Shown: positions 17,059 to 24,990 of the stretch, piece by piece
Numbering within the stretch: position 1 is the stretch's first letter
Layout: each line of letters opens with the position of its first letter
From: a virus
Strand: one strand, 5' to 3'
IMG/VR virus record: IMGVR_UViG_3300045988_113040
Coordinates: 1-32,972 of that record
DNA length: 32,972 bases
The notes under the pieces: model-generated
Told to the model about the DNA's origin: nothing
The model's input: the letters and a program-made list of their open reading frames with translations, nothing else
The model's database searches: none
Position numbers and translations under genes: made by a program

Positions 17059-17424
17059 ATGAGCACCGACATCATCGTCGCCCTAGTGACCGGATTATGC
17101 GCCATCGCGGTCGCGGCGGTCACTTGGGCGCAAAACAGACGCGGCGACCTGAGCGAAGCCTACAGACGACTCTCGGAAGCCCAATTGAACATGCAGCGGG
17201 AAGTCGACAGGCAGGACGAGAAGCTGGCCGCATTCATTCATGAACGCGACGCACTCCGCTATCAGGACGATTTGAAAACCTCCTACATTCGGGCAATGGG
17301 ACATTGGCTTGGCAAACTCTGCCAAGTGTTGGACCCAGAGTTTTTGAAACAGCATCCGAAGCCACGACTGCCGGACGGTCTTCGCGATACAATAGAACCG
17401 TTGGACATCAACGAAAGGACATGA
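17059..17424 (+). CDS. Membrane-anchored coiled-coil protein (lysis-associated, 121 aa)
   Basis: ORF track. N-terminal TM helix IIVALVTGLCAIAVAAVTWA followed by a charged helical region. It lies directly upstream of the holin. Confidence 0.55.
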   Translation: MSTDIIVALVTGLCAIAVAAVTWAQNRRGDLSEAYRRLSEAQLNMQREVDRQDEKLAAFIHERDALRYQDDLKTSYIRAMGHWLGKLCQVLDPEFLKQHPKPRLPDGLRDTIEPLDINERT

Positions 17425-17427
17425 TTC

Positions 17428-17709
17428 ATGTTTGAAAAGGATTTTTGGGTTGACACGCTTGAACGTGCAATCCGCACCGCATGTCAGGCGGCATTGTCGG
17501 CTGGCGTGGTCGGTGGCGTCGGCCTGTTTCAGGTCGATTGGCTGAACGTAGCTGGTATCGCGCTTGTCGCAGCCGTCGCGTCCGTGTTGACGTGCGTGGC
17601 GTCCTCCGGCAAGACGGATGCCATCAGTCCGGCTTCGCTCGCCACTCCATCCAAGAGTCTGGTGACGGGCAAGCATGTTGCAGGCAATGAAACGGAGGTT
17701 TCTGAATGA
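17428..17709 (+). CDS. Holin (r1t-like)
   Basis: MFEKDFWVDTLERAIRTACQAAL...VDWLNVAGIALVAAVASVLTCVAS matches the r1t-holin pattern. It lies directly upstream of the endolysin. Confidence 0.6.
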   Translation: MFEKDFWVDTLERAIRTACQAALSAGVVGGVGLFQVDWLNVAGIALVAAVASVLTCVASSGKTDAISPASLATPSKSLVTGKHVAGNETEVSE

Positions 17710-18629
17710 GGTTTGTGGATATCAGCAATTGGAAGGCTGACATTGACGTTTCCAAGATTGACGCCGATGGCGTGGTAGTCCAGTGTACTTGGGGTGCTGG
17801 CGAACTGACGACGGACAATGGTCTGGTCGAGTCCGTGTGGACTGGTGCGGATGCGAAGATTCAGGCCGCTGCCAAGCGTGGCCTTGCGGTCGGCTACATG
17901 CATTACATTCGTGGCGTTGGCGCTTCGGAGGAGGCGTATTTCTTCGCCGGGAACACCAAGGGCTATCTTGGCAAGTTCGTGCCGTGCGTTGACTGGGAGC
18001 AGGCCGATAACGCCGCTTGGGGCAATCGAGCCTATTTGGATGAATTTCTCTACCAGTATATTCGACTGACCGGCGTGAAACCGCTCGTGTACGCGCAGCG
18101 TTCCGAAATCCCGTTCGTCAAGGACATTTGCACCAAGCATGATTGTGGTATTTGGGAGGCGTGCTATGCTTCCATGGATGCGGTCGGCTGGCAGGATGCG
18201 GATTCCATTTGGTCGTATGTGGCGTATCCGATGCGCCAGTACACGTCGAACGGTCATATCGGCGGTTATGCCGGTTCGCTTGATTTGAATTATTTCGCCG
18301 GTGACAAGGCTGCATGGGACAAGTATGCGTGTGTCGGCGCGAACACTCCGGTGAATCCGGCTCCGTCCATCATCGAATCTCCCGCTCCGACCGTAGTGGC
18401 GTGCACGTATGATGTGGCCGTGGATGCAATGAACGTGCGTACCGCACCGTCCGTGAACGCTGATGTTGCAGCCCAGTATGGGCGTGGACAGCAGGTTGTG
18501 CTCGACGGTTGGGGTGCTTATGCTGACGGCTATCTGTGGGGACGCTATGTGGGCGCTTCTTCGGGCGAATACCGTTATGTGGCCGTTGGCACCGAGTCCG
18601 GTGACGAATGGTATTTGATAATTCGCTGA
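17706..18629 (+). CDS. Endolysin with an N-terminal GH25 muramidase and a C-terminal SH3b-like wall-binding domain
   Basis: MRFVDISNWKADID...VGYMHY...VDWE is the GH25 pattern. The C-terminus VAVDAMNVRTAPSVNADVAAQYGRGQQV is SH3-like. Confidence 0.75.
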   Translation: MRFVDISNWKADIDVSKIDADGVVVQCTWGAGELTTDNGLVESVWTGADAKIQAAAKRGLAVGYMHYIRGVGASEEAYFFAGNTKGYLGKFVPCVDWEQADNAAWGNRAYLDEFLYQYIRLTGVKPLVYAQRSEIPFVKDICTKHDCGIWEACYASMDAVGWQDADSIWSYVAYPMRQYTSNGHIGGYAGSLDLNYFAGDKAAWDKYACVGANTPVNPAPSIIESPAPTVVACTYDVAVDAMNVRTAPSVNADVAAQYGRGQQVVLDGWGAYADGYLWGRYVGASSGEYRYVAVGTESGDEWYLIIR

Positions 18630-18644
18630 CCTTATAGTAGAATT

Positions 18645-18674
18645 GGGCTGTTGGTGGTTTTTCACCATCAGCCC
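18645..18674. terminator. Hairpin in the convergent termination zone
   Basis: GGGCTGTTGGTG-GTTTTT-CACCATCAGCCC (12-bp stem, one mismatch). Confidence 0.4.
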
Positions 18675-18690
18675 TCCTTTGGTTTCTCCG

Positions 18691-18737
18691 CTCCCAGCAA
18701 GGTTTTTCACCTCTTCCTTGCTGGGAGTCTCTTTTTT
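18691..18737 (+). terminator. Rho-independent terminator of the late operon
   Basis: Perfect 12-bp stem CTCCCAGCAAGG / CCTTGCTGGGAG followed by TCTCTTTTTT. Confidence 0.7.
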
Positions 18738-18891
18738 AGTCATCCAGCCATATGCAAGCCACTATCGCCATGGCCGCTATCGCCACATACATGATGAAGA
18801 TGCGGTCGTCCCATGCGTTGCAACCCCACATGATGGCTGCTACGAATGCGAGCAGGATGATGGTGCAGACGATAAGTTTCAGAATATCCAT
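18736..18891 (-). CDS. Small membrane protein (51 aa), last gene of the leftward operon
   Basis: Hand translation gives MDILKLIVCTIILLAFVAAIMWGCNAWDDRIFIMYVAIAAMAIVACIWLDD. ATG overlaps the upstream TGA. It is below the track size cut-off. Confidence 0.5.
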   Translation of the reverse strand: MDILKLIVCTIILLAFVAAIMWGCNAWDDRIFIMYVAIAAMAIVACIWLDD

Positions 18892-19259
18892 CAGAATCTT
18901 TCACCCTGCTCTTCCATTTTCTGCTTCATGCGCCACACCTTATGGTCTATCATGCGCCGCAGGTCAGATGGTTTCAGCTCGTATATTTCGACCAGCAGAT
19001 TGAAGCATATCTGCACATCGGCCATTTCCTCATACAGGTTTTCGATAAGCTCGTTGCGGCTGACCGTATTGTCGGGGTCTTCCGGATTGAAGCGTTTGAG
19101 CTTGCTGATTGCCTGAATGAGTTCGGCGCATTCCTCCATGCAGACGGTGGTCTGCGCGTCGGCACCATACCGTACGATGCTTCGCGTTTCCACGGTGCTT
19201 TCCTGCTCCGGGCTTAGATAGCATTTGCTGCTGTTACGCCAGTCTCGTTCAATTGCCAC
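18891..19259 (-). CDS. MazG-like nucleotide pyrophosphohydrolase
   Basis: GTG 19259 with GGAGG 7 nt upstream (the track starts at 19292). Motifs are MEECAELIQAISK and YEEMADVQICF. Confidence 0.6.
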   Translation of the reverse strand: MAIERDWRNSSKCYLSPEQESTVETRSIVRYGADAQTTVCMEECAELIQAISKLKRFNPEDPDNTVSRNELIENLYEEMADVQICFNLLVEIYELKPSDLRRMIDHKVWRMKQKMEEQGERF

Positions 19260-19383
19260 CGCGCAACCTCCAACATTCGGTGCAGAGTCCACGATATAGG
19301 ACGCTTTCTTTCGTGGTGAGTTTTTTCATGCAGTGATAGCAGCGTTGCGTGACGCCTGCGACCATTTTCCTAATAGCATTCAT
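19249..19383 (-). CDS. Zinc-ribbon protein (44 aa)
   Basis: Hand translation gives MNAIRKMVAGVTQRCYHCMKKLTTKESVLYRGLCTECWRLRGGN, with two CxxC pairs. Confidence 0.4.
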   Translation of the reverse strand: MNAIRKMVAGVTQRCYHCMKKLTTKESVLYRGLCTECWRLRGGN

Positions 19384-19537
19384 CTGGATACTCCAATCCT
19401 TCCTGCCTGTTCTCGTCCGTCAATGCCGAATCGATGTCCTGCTTGCAGGTTTCGCACAGCATTTCCGGATACCATTCTTTTAATGTCATATGGCATCCGC
19501 AGTTGAGGCATTGGCGAGGCATTTTAACATCCTTCAT
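19370..19537 (-). CDS. Zinc-ribbon protein (55 aa)
   Basis: Hand translation gives MKDVKMPRQCLNCGCHMTLKEWYPEMLCETCKQDIDSALTDENRQEGLEYPDECY. GGAGG lies 7 nt upstream, and there is an ATGA overlap with the dcd stop. Confidence 0.5.
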   Translation of the reverse strand: MKDVKMPRQCLNCGCHMTLKEWYPEMLCETCKQDIDSALTDENRQEGLEYPDECY

Positions 19538-20088
19538 GGCAAAACCTCCACAGCCGGTTGCGGAGCCTTCTGGTTCTGGTAGTGTCCGACCATGCCGTAG
19601 GGTTTCCTCGTCGCATCGTTCAGATATTCGAACGACACTTGCCCGATTCTCATGCCGGGTTTCAACAGGATGGGGAAACTGTTTTCGTTCTTCAGTTCGA
19701 CGGTGATGGTTCCGATGAATCCGGCGTCGATGAATCCTGCTGTCACGTGCGTGCAGAGTCCGAGTCGGCCAAGGCTGCTTTTCCCGTCGAACCGTGCCAT
19801 CATGTTGTCCGGTAGGCTGATTTTCTCCACTGTCGCGCCTAGTACGAACTGTCCCGGCTGAAGCGTGTAATACCCGTCGATTCTTACCGGTTTGGTGTGG
19901 ACGCCGTGCAATGTGTGGTCGCCGCCGTCCGCGTAGCCTACAACATTCTGTGCAGAGTCAATGGTGAAGATGACGATGGTGTCCTGCAATGTCACGTCAT
20001 ACGAGTTGGGGTTCAACTGTTTTTCAGTGTATGGCATGATAAGGTCTTGATGGTCCACGCACTGTTCGATGGTGATGTCGTTCAGCAT
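19534..20088 (-). CDS. dcd: dCTP deaminase (dUTPase superfamily)
   Basis: ORF track. Motif is FDGKSSLGRLGLCTHVTAGFIDAGFIGTITVELKN. Confidence 0.8.
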   Translation of the reverse strand: MLNDITIEQCVDHQDLIMPYTEKQLNPNSYDVTLQDTIVIFTIDSAQNVVGYADGGDHTLHGVHTKPVRIDGYYTLQPGQFVLGATVEKISLPDNMMARFDGKSSLGRLGLCTHVTAGFIDAGFIGTITVELKNENSFPILLKPGMRIGQVSFEYLNDATRKPYGMVGHYQNQKAPQPAVEVLP

Positions 20089-20531
20089 TTCTTTTCTCCC
20101 TCCTGCATGAACGCCAATGCCATGGTAAGGTAGGCGATTGCGTCCAAATACGAGTCTTCTTTACTGTGGTCGTATTTGATGCGTTCGATTTTCAGTTCGG
20201 CCATCATGATGGCGACATCCACTTCCGCATCGTCGCAGCCGAACCATCGTTTGGAAATGTTCTGGAACATGATGCGCGGATTGCCGTATTCTTCGGCCTT
20301 CTCCCCGTTGAGCATGTTTTCCACATGGTAGAGGTTGTCGGCGATGCGCGTGTAGATGCTTGGCTCAATGTTTTCGAGCGCGTTTTTCACTGTCGGCGGC
20401 TCCGGTGGGTCGATGATTATGTCGCTCGGGCCTTTCAGTCCGTCCACGAGATTGTTGGCGGCTTTGGTGGGGAGCGCCTTGTTGACGCCTTCCATCACTT
20501 CATCCCAATTGTTTTTCCTTGATGATGTCAT
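20082..20531 (-). CDS. Conserved phage helical protein (DUF6378-like by recollection), function unknown
   Basis: ORF track. The pattern GNPRIMFQNISKRW...VDVAIMMAELKIERIKYD...DSYLDAIAYLTMA resembles a family often found next to nucleotide-metabolism genes. Confidence 0.45.
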   Translation of the reverse strand: MTSSRKNNWDEVMEGVNKALPTKAANNLVDGLKGPSDIIIDPPEPPTVKNALENIEPSIYTRIADNLYHVENMLNGEKAEEYGNPRIMFQNISKRWFGCDDAEVDVAIMMAELKIERIKYDHSKEDSYLDAIAYLTMALAFMQEGEKKC

Positions 20532-21753
20532 CTAGTGTTTTCCTTCCTTCTATCACGTCCATGACCTTGCGGTTCCATGGCGTGTCCGGCACGAGTATGC
20601 GTTGTTGTCCCTGATAGGGGCTGCCGCGTCGTACCAGTCTTCTGTTGGCTTGCTCCCAGTCGGCGTATGTCCATGGGAGGTCGAGCCATATCTGGTCTTT
20701 TATGAGGTGCTGTAGGCCGTCGACGCCGGTGCCCATGGATTGCGGGTTGGCGACTATGAGCCGGTATCCTTCCCGTTCTTGAGCGGTCATGGTGAGGAAT
20801 GTTTTCGCGTCGGTGCATGGCGTCCAAACGCGGTAGATTTCGTCTCTTACCGCTTTGAACCGTGTCCATACGAGCAGTGGTGTCTGGTCTTCGCGTCTCT
20901 TGGCTTCACTGTAGACGGTTTCGAGTTTGGACACGCCGAACCGGTATGATTCTCCACGGTCTTCGGTCTTGTAGGCGAAGCCGTCGTCGAGTTGGGCGAG
21001 TTTGACCGCTGCGGCGCTCGCGCTTGCCGCGTACACGTCTTCGGCCAATTGGTGGGTGTTCGTCCACTGTTCTAACGCCATGTCCTCCTGTTCGGTTTTC
21101 GGCGATGGAAGCCATTCGACTTGCGGCAGAGGGTTGCCGCCGCGTCGTATGTCCAATACGAGCTTCTGCAACTGCTGGCACGCTTCCTCGACCATGGGCT
21201 TGGAGTACGTGTATTTGACCACGAGACGTCCTTGCACGCTCATAGTGTATGGCTTGCCGTATCGCACTCTGAAAGCCCCTATGGTGCGCCAAGAATCGCC
21301 CAACAGGTCCATCCTGTCCTTGGCGTGCGGGTACATGACCACGACCTGACCGTATAGGTCTTCCAAATCCTTCGGAGCGGGCGTGCCGGTCAGCATCAGC
21401 ACGTCCTTGGCAAGGTCGCTGATGCACTTCACGACTTTGGAACGTCCGCTCCTAGGATTCTTCACCATGTGGCTTTCATCCACGATAAGGCTAAAACCGT
21501 CCGGTACTTCGCCCAGCTTGGCGGCCATATTGTAGGATACTACGAGGAAACGATAGTCTTCCGGCCATCCAATCCTCCGGTAGTCTTCGATGGTCAGCGC
21601 CTTGCCGTGCGACCATTGTGTGATTTGCGGCAGCCATGCGGTTTTCACGACGCTTGCCGGACAGATGACGAGAATATGTTCCGCACCGTCCAGTAGGTCC
21701 ATGCTGCGTTTCGTCTTGCCTGTTCCGGCTTCGTCGAAGATGAAAGCCCTCAT
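20500..21753 (-). CDS. SNF2-family helicase
   Basis: Motif I is DEAGTGKT, motif II is IVDESHMVKN, followed by LTGTP. 417 aa. Confidence 0.8.
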   Translation of the reverse strand: MRAFIFDEAGTGKTKRSMDLLDGAEHILVICPASVVKTAWLPQITQWSHGKALTIEDYRRIGWPEDYRFLVVSYNMAAKLGEVPDGFSLIVDESHMVKNPRSGRSKVVKCISDLAKDVLMLTGTPAPKDLEDLYGQVVVMYPHAKDRMDLLGDSWRTIGAFRVRYGKPYTMSVQGRLVVKYTYSKPMVEEACQQLQKLVLDIRRGGNPLPQVEWLPSPKTEQEDMALEQWTNTHQLAEDVYAASASAAAVKLAQLDDGFAYKTEDRGESYRFGVSKLETVYSEAKRREDQTPLLVWTRFKAVRDEIYRVWTPCTDAKTFLTMTAQEREGYRLIVANPQSMGTGVDGLQHLIKDQIWLDLPWTYADWEQANRRLVRRGSPYQGQQRILVPDTPWNRKVMDVIEGRKTLDDIIKEKQLG

Positions 21754-22136
21754 GATTCCTCCTTATGTGCTGCCTCCCATGCGGCTATGCGTTCGCGGCC
21801 TTCCGGCGTTTTACGCCAGTTGCGCCAAGTCTGATAGCTAACGCCATGCTCCAGTTTGAATTTCTTCTGCCATTTGCGACATGCTGCTTGGGTTTCCTCG
21901 CGATGCTGTTTCCGGTATCGCACCCAATAGTCGAGCATCTTCTCGTGGTTTTCGTTTATCCACTTCTTTTTGAGCTTCCGCTTGTGGGCGGCTTTTTCGG
22001 GCGTCATGTCCTTGTATTGGGTGACGGTCTTCTTCTTCTTGGCGGGGGGCATGGGCTTGGGTTGGCGCATCCGTTCGATGGCCTCCCAAGCCTCGGCGTC
22101 GAGATGGCTGTACAGGTCAGTCGTTTTCTTCGTCAT
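21750..22136 (-). CDS. Highly basic Trp/Lys-rich protein (128 aa), possibly nucleic-acid binding
   Basis: ORF track. ATGA-type coupling to the helicase gene. Confidence 0.5.
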   Translation of the reverse strand: MTKKTTDLYSHLDAEAWEAIERMRQPKPMPPAKKKKTVTQYKDMTPEKAAHKRKLKKKWINENHEKMLDYWVRYRKQHREETQAACRKWQKKFKLEHGVSYQTWRNWRKTPEGRERIAAWEAAHKEES

Positions 22137-22278
22137 GATTGTCTGTCTTCACGGCGTCTTCCACCATGCCGACGATGCCCTTCACCATGCCGATAATGAT
22201 AAGGATTACCGCCGTGCCTCCCATGACCGACAGGCAGATGACGAGCATATACAGGAAGTTCATCATCAGTTCATGCAT
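22117..22278 (-). CDS. Small membrane protein (53 aa)
   Basis: Hand translation gives MHELMMNFLYMLVICLSVMGGTAVILIIIGMVKGIVGMVEDAVKTDNHDEEND. GGAG lies 8 nt upstream. It overlaps both neighbours. Confidence 0.4.
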   Translation of the reverse strand: MHELMMNFLYMLVICLSVMGGTAVILIIIGMVKGIVGMVEDAVKTDNHDEEND

Positions 22279-23173
22279 TCTTCTTCTCCTTCACGATGCT
22301 CAATCTGATGGCTTTCGAGGTTTTCTGGAATGGTTTCAGGTCGATTTCCGGATGCTGGCCGAACAGTGTCGCATAGTCGGTTGTCGTGCGTGACGTTTCG
22401 ACGAGCCGTGCGACATGGCCGTCACAGTGGATGCGCTCGCCGGGATGGTCTGACAGCCACATGGCGAGCCGTTCCTTGGCTCTCTCGTACCGTTCCTTCG
22501 CCTCCAACACTTCTGACATCAGCGGAAGGCCTTCTTCCGAATCATTGTCATTCTTGTAGGCGTCGTACCACTTGTCCACCACGTCCTGTTCCATGATGTC
22601 GCTGACGAATACGATGTCCAATGTTTTCTTGATTTGTTCGGTGATGGCTTCTGGGGATAGTCGCTCCCAGTCGGTCGGACGTTGCGCGTAGATGATTTCG
22701 GCGAATTTCGCTCCGACCATGCGTGCTTCGAGTTGTGCCTGTGCCGAATACTGGCGGTGCTGCATTGCCGATAGGAAAGCGTATGACGGTTTGCTCCCGG
22801 TTTTCACTTCCACCGTATGCAGTACGCCGTTGCGGTCACGGTAGGAGGCGTCCAATGAGACGTGCATTCTGCCGTCCGTGTAGAAGCTGTTGTCATACCA
22901 TGCGAGCTGTCCTGCCGCGAGGTCGGCGAGTGGCGTGTTCTTCGACGCCACGTCGAGTTGCAGGTGTTCGGCATACAGTTTGACCACCATCGGCTCCCAT
23001 ATGCTGCCGAATTGGATGGCGCTCTGCACAGCCGGAACGTCTGGCGGGGGGGAGGGCAGTTCGCCGGATGCGATGAAATGCGCGAGACTGGATGCGCCGA
23101 CCGTGTTTTTGCGGGCTTCGAGCCATTGTTCGCGCGTGTCGTAAACGTGGTATTCTAGATTCTTTTCACCCAT
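22271..23173 (-). CDS. YqaJ/lambda-Exo-like recombination exonuclease (PD-(D/E)XK)
   Basis: ATG 23173 with GGAG 7 nt upstream (the track starts at 23212). Motifs are VGASSLAHF and LDASYRD...VEVKTG. Confidence 0.6.
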   Translation of the reverse strand: MGEKNLEYHVYDTREQWLEARKNTVGASSLAHFIASGELPSPPPDVPAVQSAIQFGSIWEPMVVKLYAEHLQLDVASKNTPLADLAAGQLAWYDNSFYTDGRMHVSLDASYRDRNGVLHTVEVKTGSKPSYAFLSAMQHRQYSAQAQLEARMVGAKFAEIIYAQRPTDWERLSPEAITEQIKKTLDIVFVSDIMEQDVVDKWYDAYKNDNDSEEGLPLMSEVLEAKERYERAKERLAMWLSDHPGERIHCDGHVARLVETSRTTTDYATLFGQHPEIDLKPFQKTSKAIRLSIVKEKKNA

Positions 23174-23535
23174 TTCGGTTCTCCTTCGGAATTGATTGTG
23201 AGTAGTTTGCACTGCCTGTTGGTCATGTCCCGCCAGTCTTTGACGGAAAGCAGCCAGTCAACGCCTTTCAGCCCGTAGACGAGCATGATGTTGGCGTTGT
23301 GTGCGGCCAGTTGCGCGAGTTCCCTGCGCTGGTCTTCGCTTGGCCGTCCTACGGTGCGTTTTAGTTCGATGAACCATGTGTTGCCGAACATGTCAACGAC
23401 GGTGATGTCGGGGAATCCGTTGCGGGAGCGGCCTTCGGTTTTCTGTACGTACCAGCCGCGTTTTTCCAAGCCTTTTATGAGGCGGGCTTGAATGTCGGCT
23501 TCCAACGGTTCCTGTTTTCTACTGTTCAGGCGCAT
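23155..23535 (-). CDS. VRR-NUC domain nuclease
   Basis: EADIQARLIKGLEKRGWYV...GFPDITVV...FIELKRTVGRPSEDQ. Confidence 0.75.
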   Translation of the reverse strand: MRLNSRKQEPLEADIQARLIKGLEKRGWYVQKTEGRSRNGFPDITVVDMFGNTWFIELKRTVGRPSEDQRRELAQLAAHNANIMLVYGLKGVDWLLSVKDWRDMTNRQCKLLTINSEGEPKWVKRI

Positions 23536-23776
23536 CGACGGCCCTCACCCACACTTCGTACCGTTGTGCCATCGTACGGCATGTGCGTGACTCGTATGTC
23601 CAGTCGGGTTTTGTCCAGCTGAGACGGTTTTTTCTGACGCTCCATGCGACGGTGTATGCGGTGTTGGGTGAGCTGTAGGTTTTGTATAGCGCCCATTTGC
23701 CTAAATGTTCTCCCAGCGCCTTGTTGAACCTGTTCGGCTTCCTATAGCCGGTGGGGGGGGTGTCTTGGAATTTCAT
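23519..23776 (-). CDS. Hypothetical protein (85 aa)
   Basis: ORF track. Coupled overlaps on both sides. Confidence 0.55.
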   Translation of the reverse strand: MKFQDTPPTGYRKPNRFNKALGEHLGKWALYKTYSSPNTAYTVAWSVRKNRLSWTKPDWTYESRTCRTMAQRYEVWVRAVDAPEQ

Positions 23777-23973
23777 CGTTCGGTCTCCTTTGGTTTGAAA
23801 TATGCTGGCATGATTGATTTCGGCAGTATCCTGCCTTCGCGTTCCAACCGTTTCGCGTGCGGGAACAGCCAGCCGCGCGACACTCCAAGTGCCTTCGCGG
23901 CTTGGCTGATGTTCAGGCAGGTAGTGAGCGCGTCAATCATGTCTTCGTCACTGTAGTGGATTGGCGCGTTCAC
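23773..23973 (-). CDS. Small helix-turn-helix DNA-binding protein (66 aa)
   Basis: LNISQAAKALGVSRGWLF is an HTH-like segment. Confidence 0.55.
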   Translation of the reverse strand: MNAPIHYSDEDMIDALTTCLNISQAAKALGVSRGWLFPHAKRLEREGRILPKSIMPAYFKPKETER

Positions 23974-23976
23974 GGT

Positions 23977-24513
23977 TTAGAACTCCGGTTCCTCTTCGAC
24001 CACACCCTTGTCGCTTAGGTGGAGCTGCGTGTAGGCTCCGAACTTGTGGGGGGATGGGGTGGTGTTCGCTTCGATTTTCAAAAGCTGCACGCCGGTCAGG
24101 AAGTATGTGAGCTTGCCTTCCTTGGTGGAGCCGATTTTGAATGCGACATTGGCCAGCGTGCCGTCGCCCGGCTCTTCCTTCAATTCCAAATCGTTGGCGT
24201 TCTGGTCCACGATGGACGGCCTCCACTTGGATGATAGGTTGATAAGCCACTTGCCGCGTTGCGGCTGTGTTCCATCCTTGAGGGTGATTAAATCGCCGTC
24301 CTTGTAACGCAGGTTGTCGCCGTTGGCGCGGACGCCCAACTGTTTGGCGGACGCGACGAGTTCCTTATGCACGTCGCCGTTCTTGGGGAACGAGAGCTGC
24401 AACTGGTAGTTCGGTTCGATGCTGCGCTGTTTTGCGGCGTCCGACTGGTATTTGTCTTTGATGTGGACGAATCGGATTTCGCCTACCGCTTCGATTTCGA
24501 GCATGTCTGCCAT
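23977..24513 (-). CDS. ssDNA-binding protein, gp2.5/DUF2815-like
   Basis: Acidic C-terminal tail VVEEEPEF. The core pattern RYKDGD...GKWLINLSSKWRPSIVD...GVQLLK resembles DUF2815. It lies next to ERF. Confidence 0.5.
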   Translation of the reverse strand: MADMLEIEAVGEIRFVHIKDKYQSDAAKQRSIEPNYQLQLSFPKNGDVHKELVASAKQLGVRANGDNLRYKDGDLITLKDGTQPQRGKWLINLSSKWRPSIVDQNANDLELKEEPGDGTLANVAFKIGSTKEGKLTYFLTGVQLLKIEANTTPSPHKFGAYTQLHLSDKGVVEEEPEF

Positions 24514-24531
24514 GATGTTTTTCCTTTCTGG

Positions 24532-24990
24532 TTACTTGAATTCTTCGGTGAGGGAAGGGGAGGGGAGGGGGGAGGATGATTTTCCATCATCGTCGGCAAT
24601 GGTTGTCAGGCCGAGCAGGTGAATCAGCCCGTAACGCCTGTAGTAGGTTTCGAAGCTACCAACTTGTTGGGCTGCCGCAGCCGGATACGTGTAGCTGCTG
24701 CTCAACGCTTCACCGTTTTTCACCATTTCCATGAGGTTCGTGCCATCATGGTCTATTTCGTAGACAGCTACGGTGAGCGTGTTGTACACTGTCGGCATGT
24801 CGGTTTCCGCGCCGACAATCTCGCTCGCTCCCGCCGCGGTCCATCCCAGTCCGTTGTCGGCCATGGCCTGTTTGACCAGTGTCCAAATGTCGTTCAACGT
24901 GGCGTACTTGTACCCGTAGCCTTCGGTGGACCGTTTGGCCGCGCCTACCGCCTGTTGCACTGCCGCTATGCTGGTGAGTATGTCACTCAT
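24532..24990 (-). CDS. ERF-family single-strand annealing protein
   Basis: YGYKYATLNDIW...QQVGSFETYYRRYGLIHLLGL...DDDG. ATG 24990 is preferred over the track GTG 24999 on SD spacing. Confidence 0.6.
   Translation of the reverse strand: MSDILTSIAAVQQAVGAAKRSTEGYGYKYATLNDIWTLVKQAMADNGLGWTAAGASEIVGAETDMPTVYNTLTVAVYEIDHDGTNLMEMVKNGEALSSSYTYPAAAAQQVGSFETYYRRYGLIHLLGLTTIADDDGKSSSPLPSPSLTEEFK
24552..24572 (+). other. G-quadruplex-type motif GGGAAGGGGAGGGGAGGGGGG on the template strand of the ERF gene 3' end
   Basis: Four G-runs of at least 3 with 1-2 nt loops, read directly. Confidence 0.5.
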
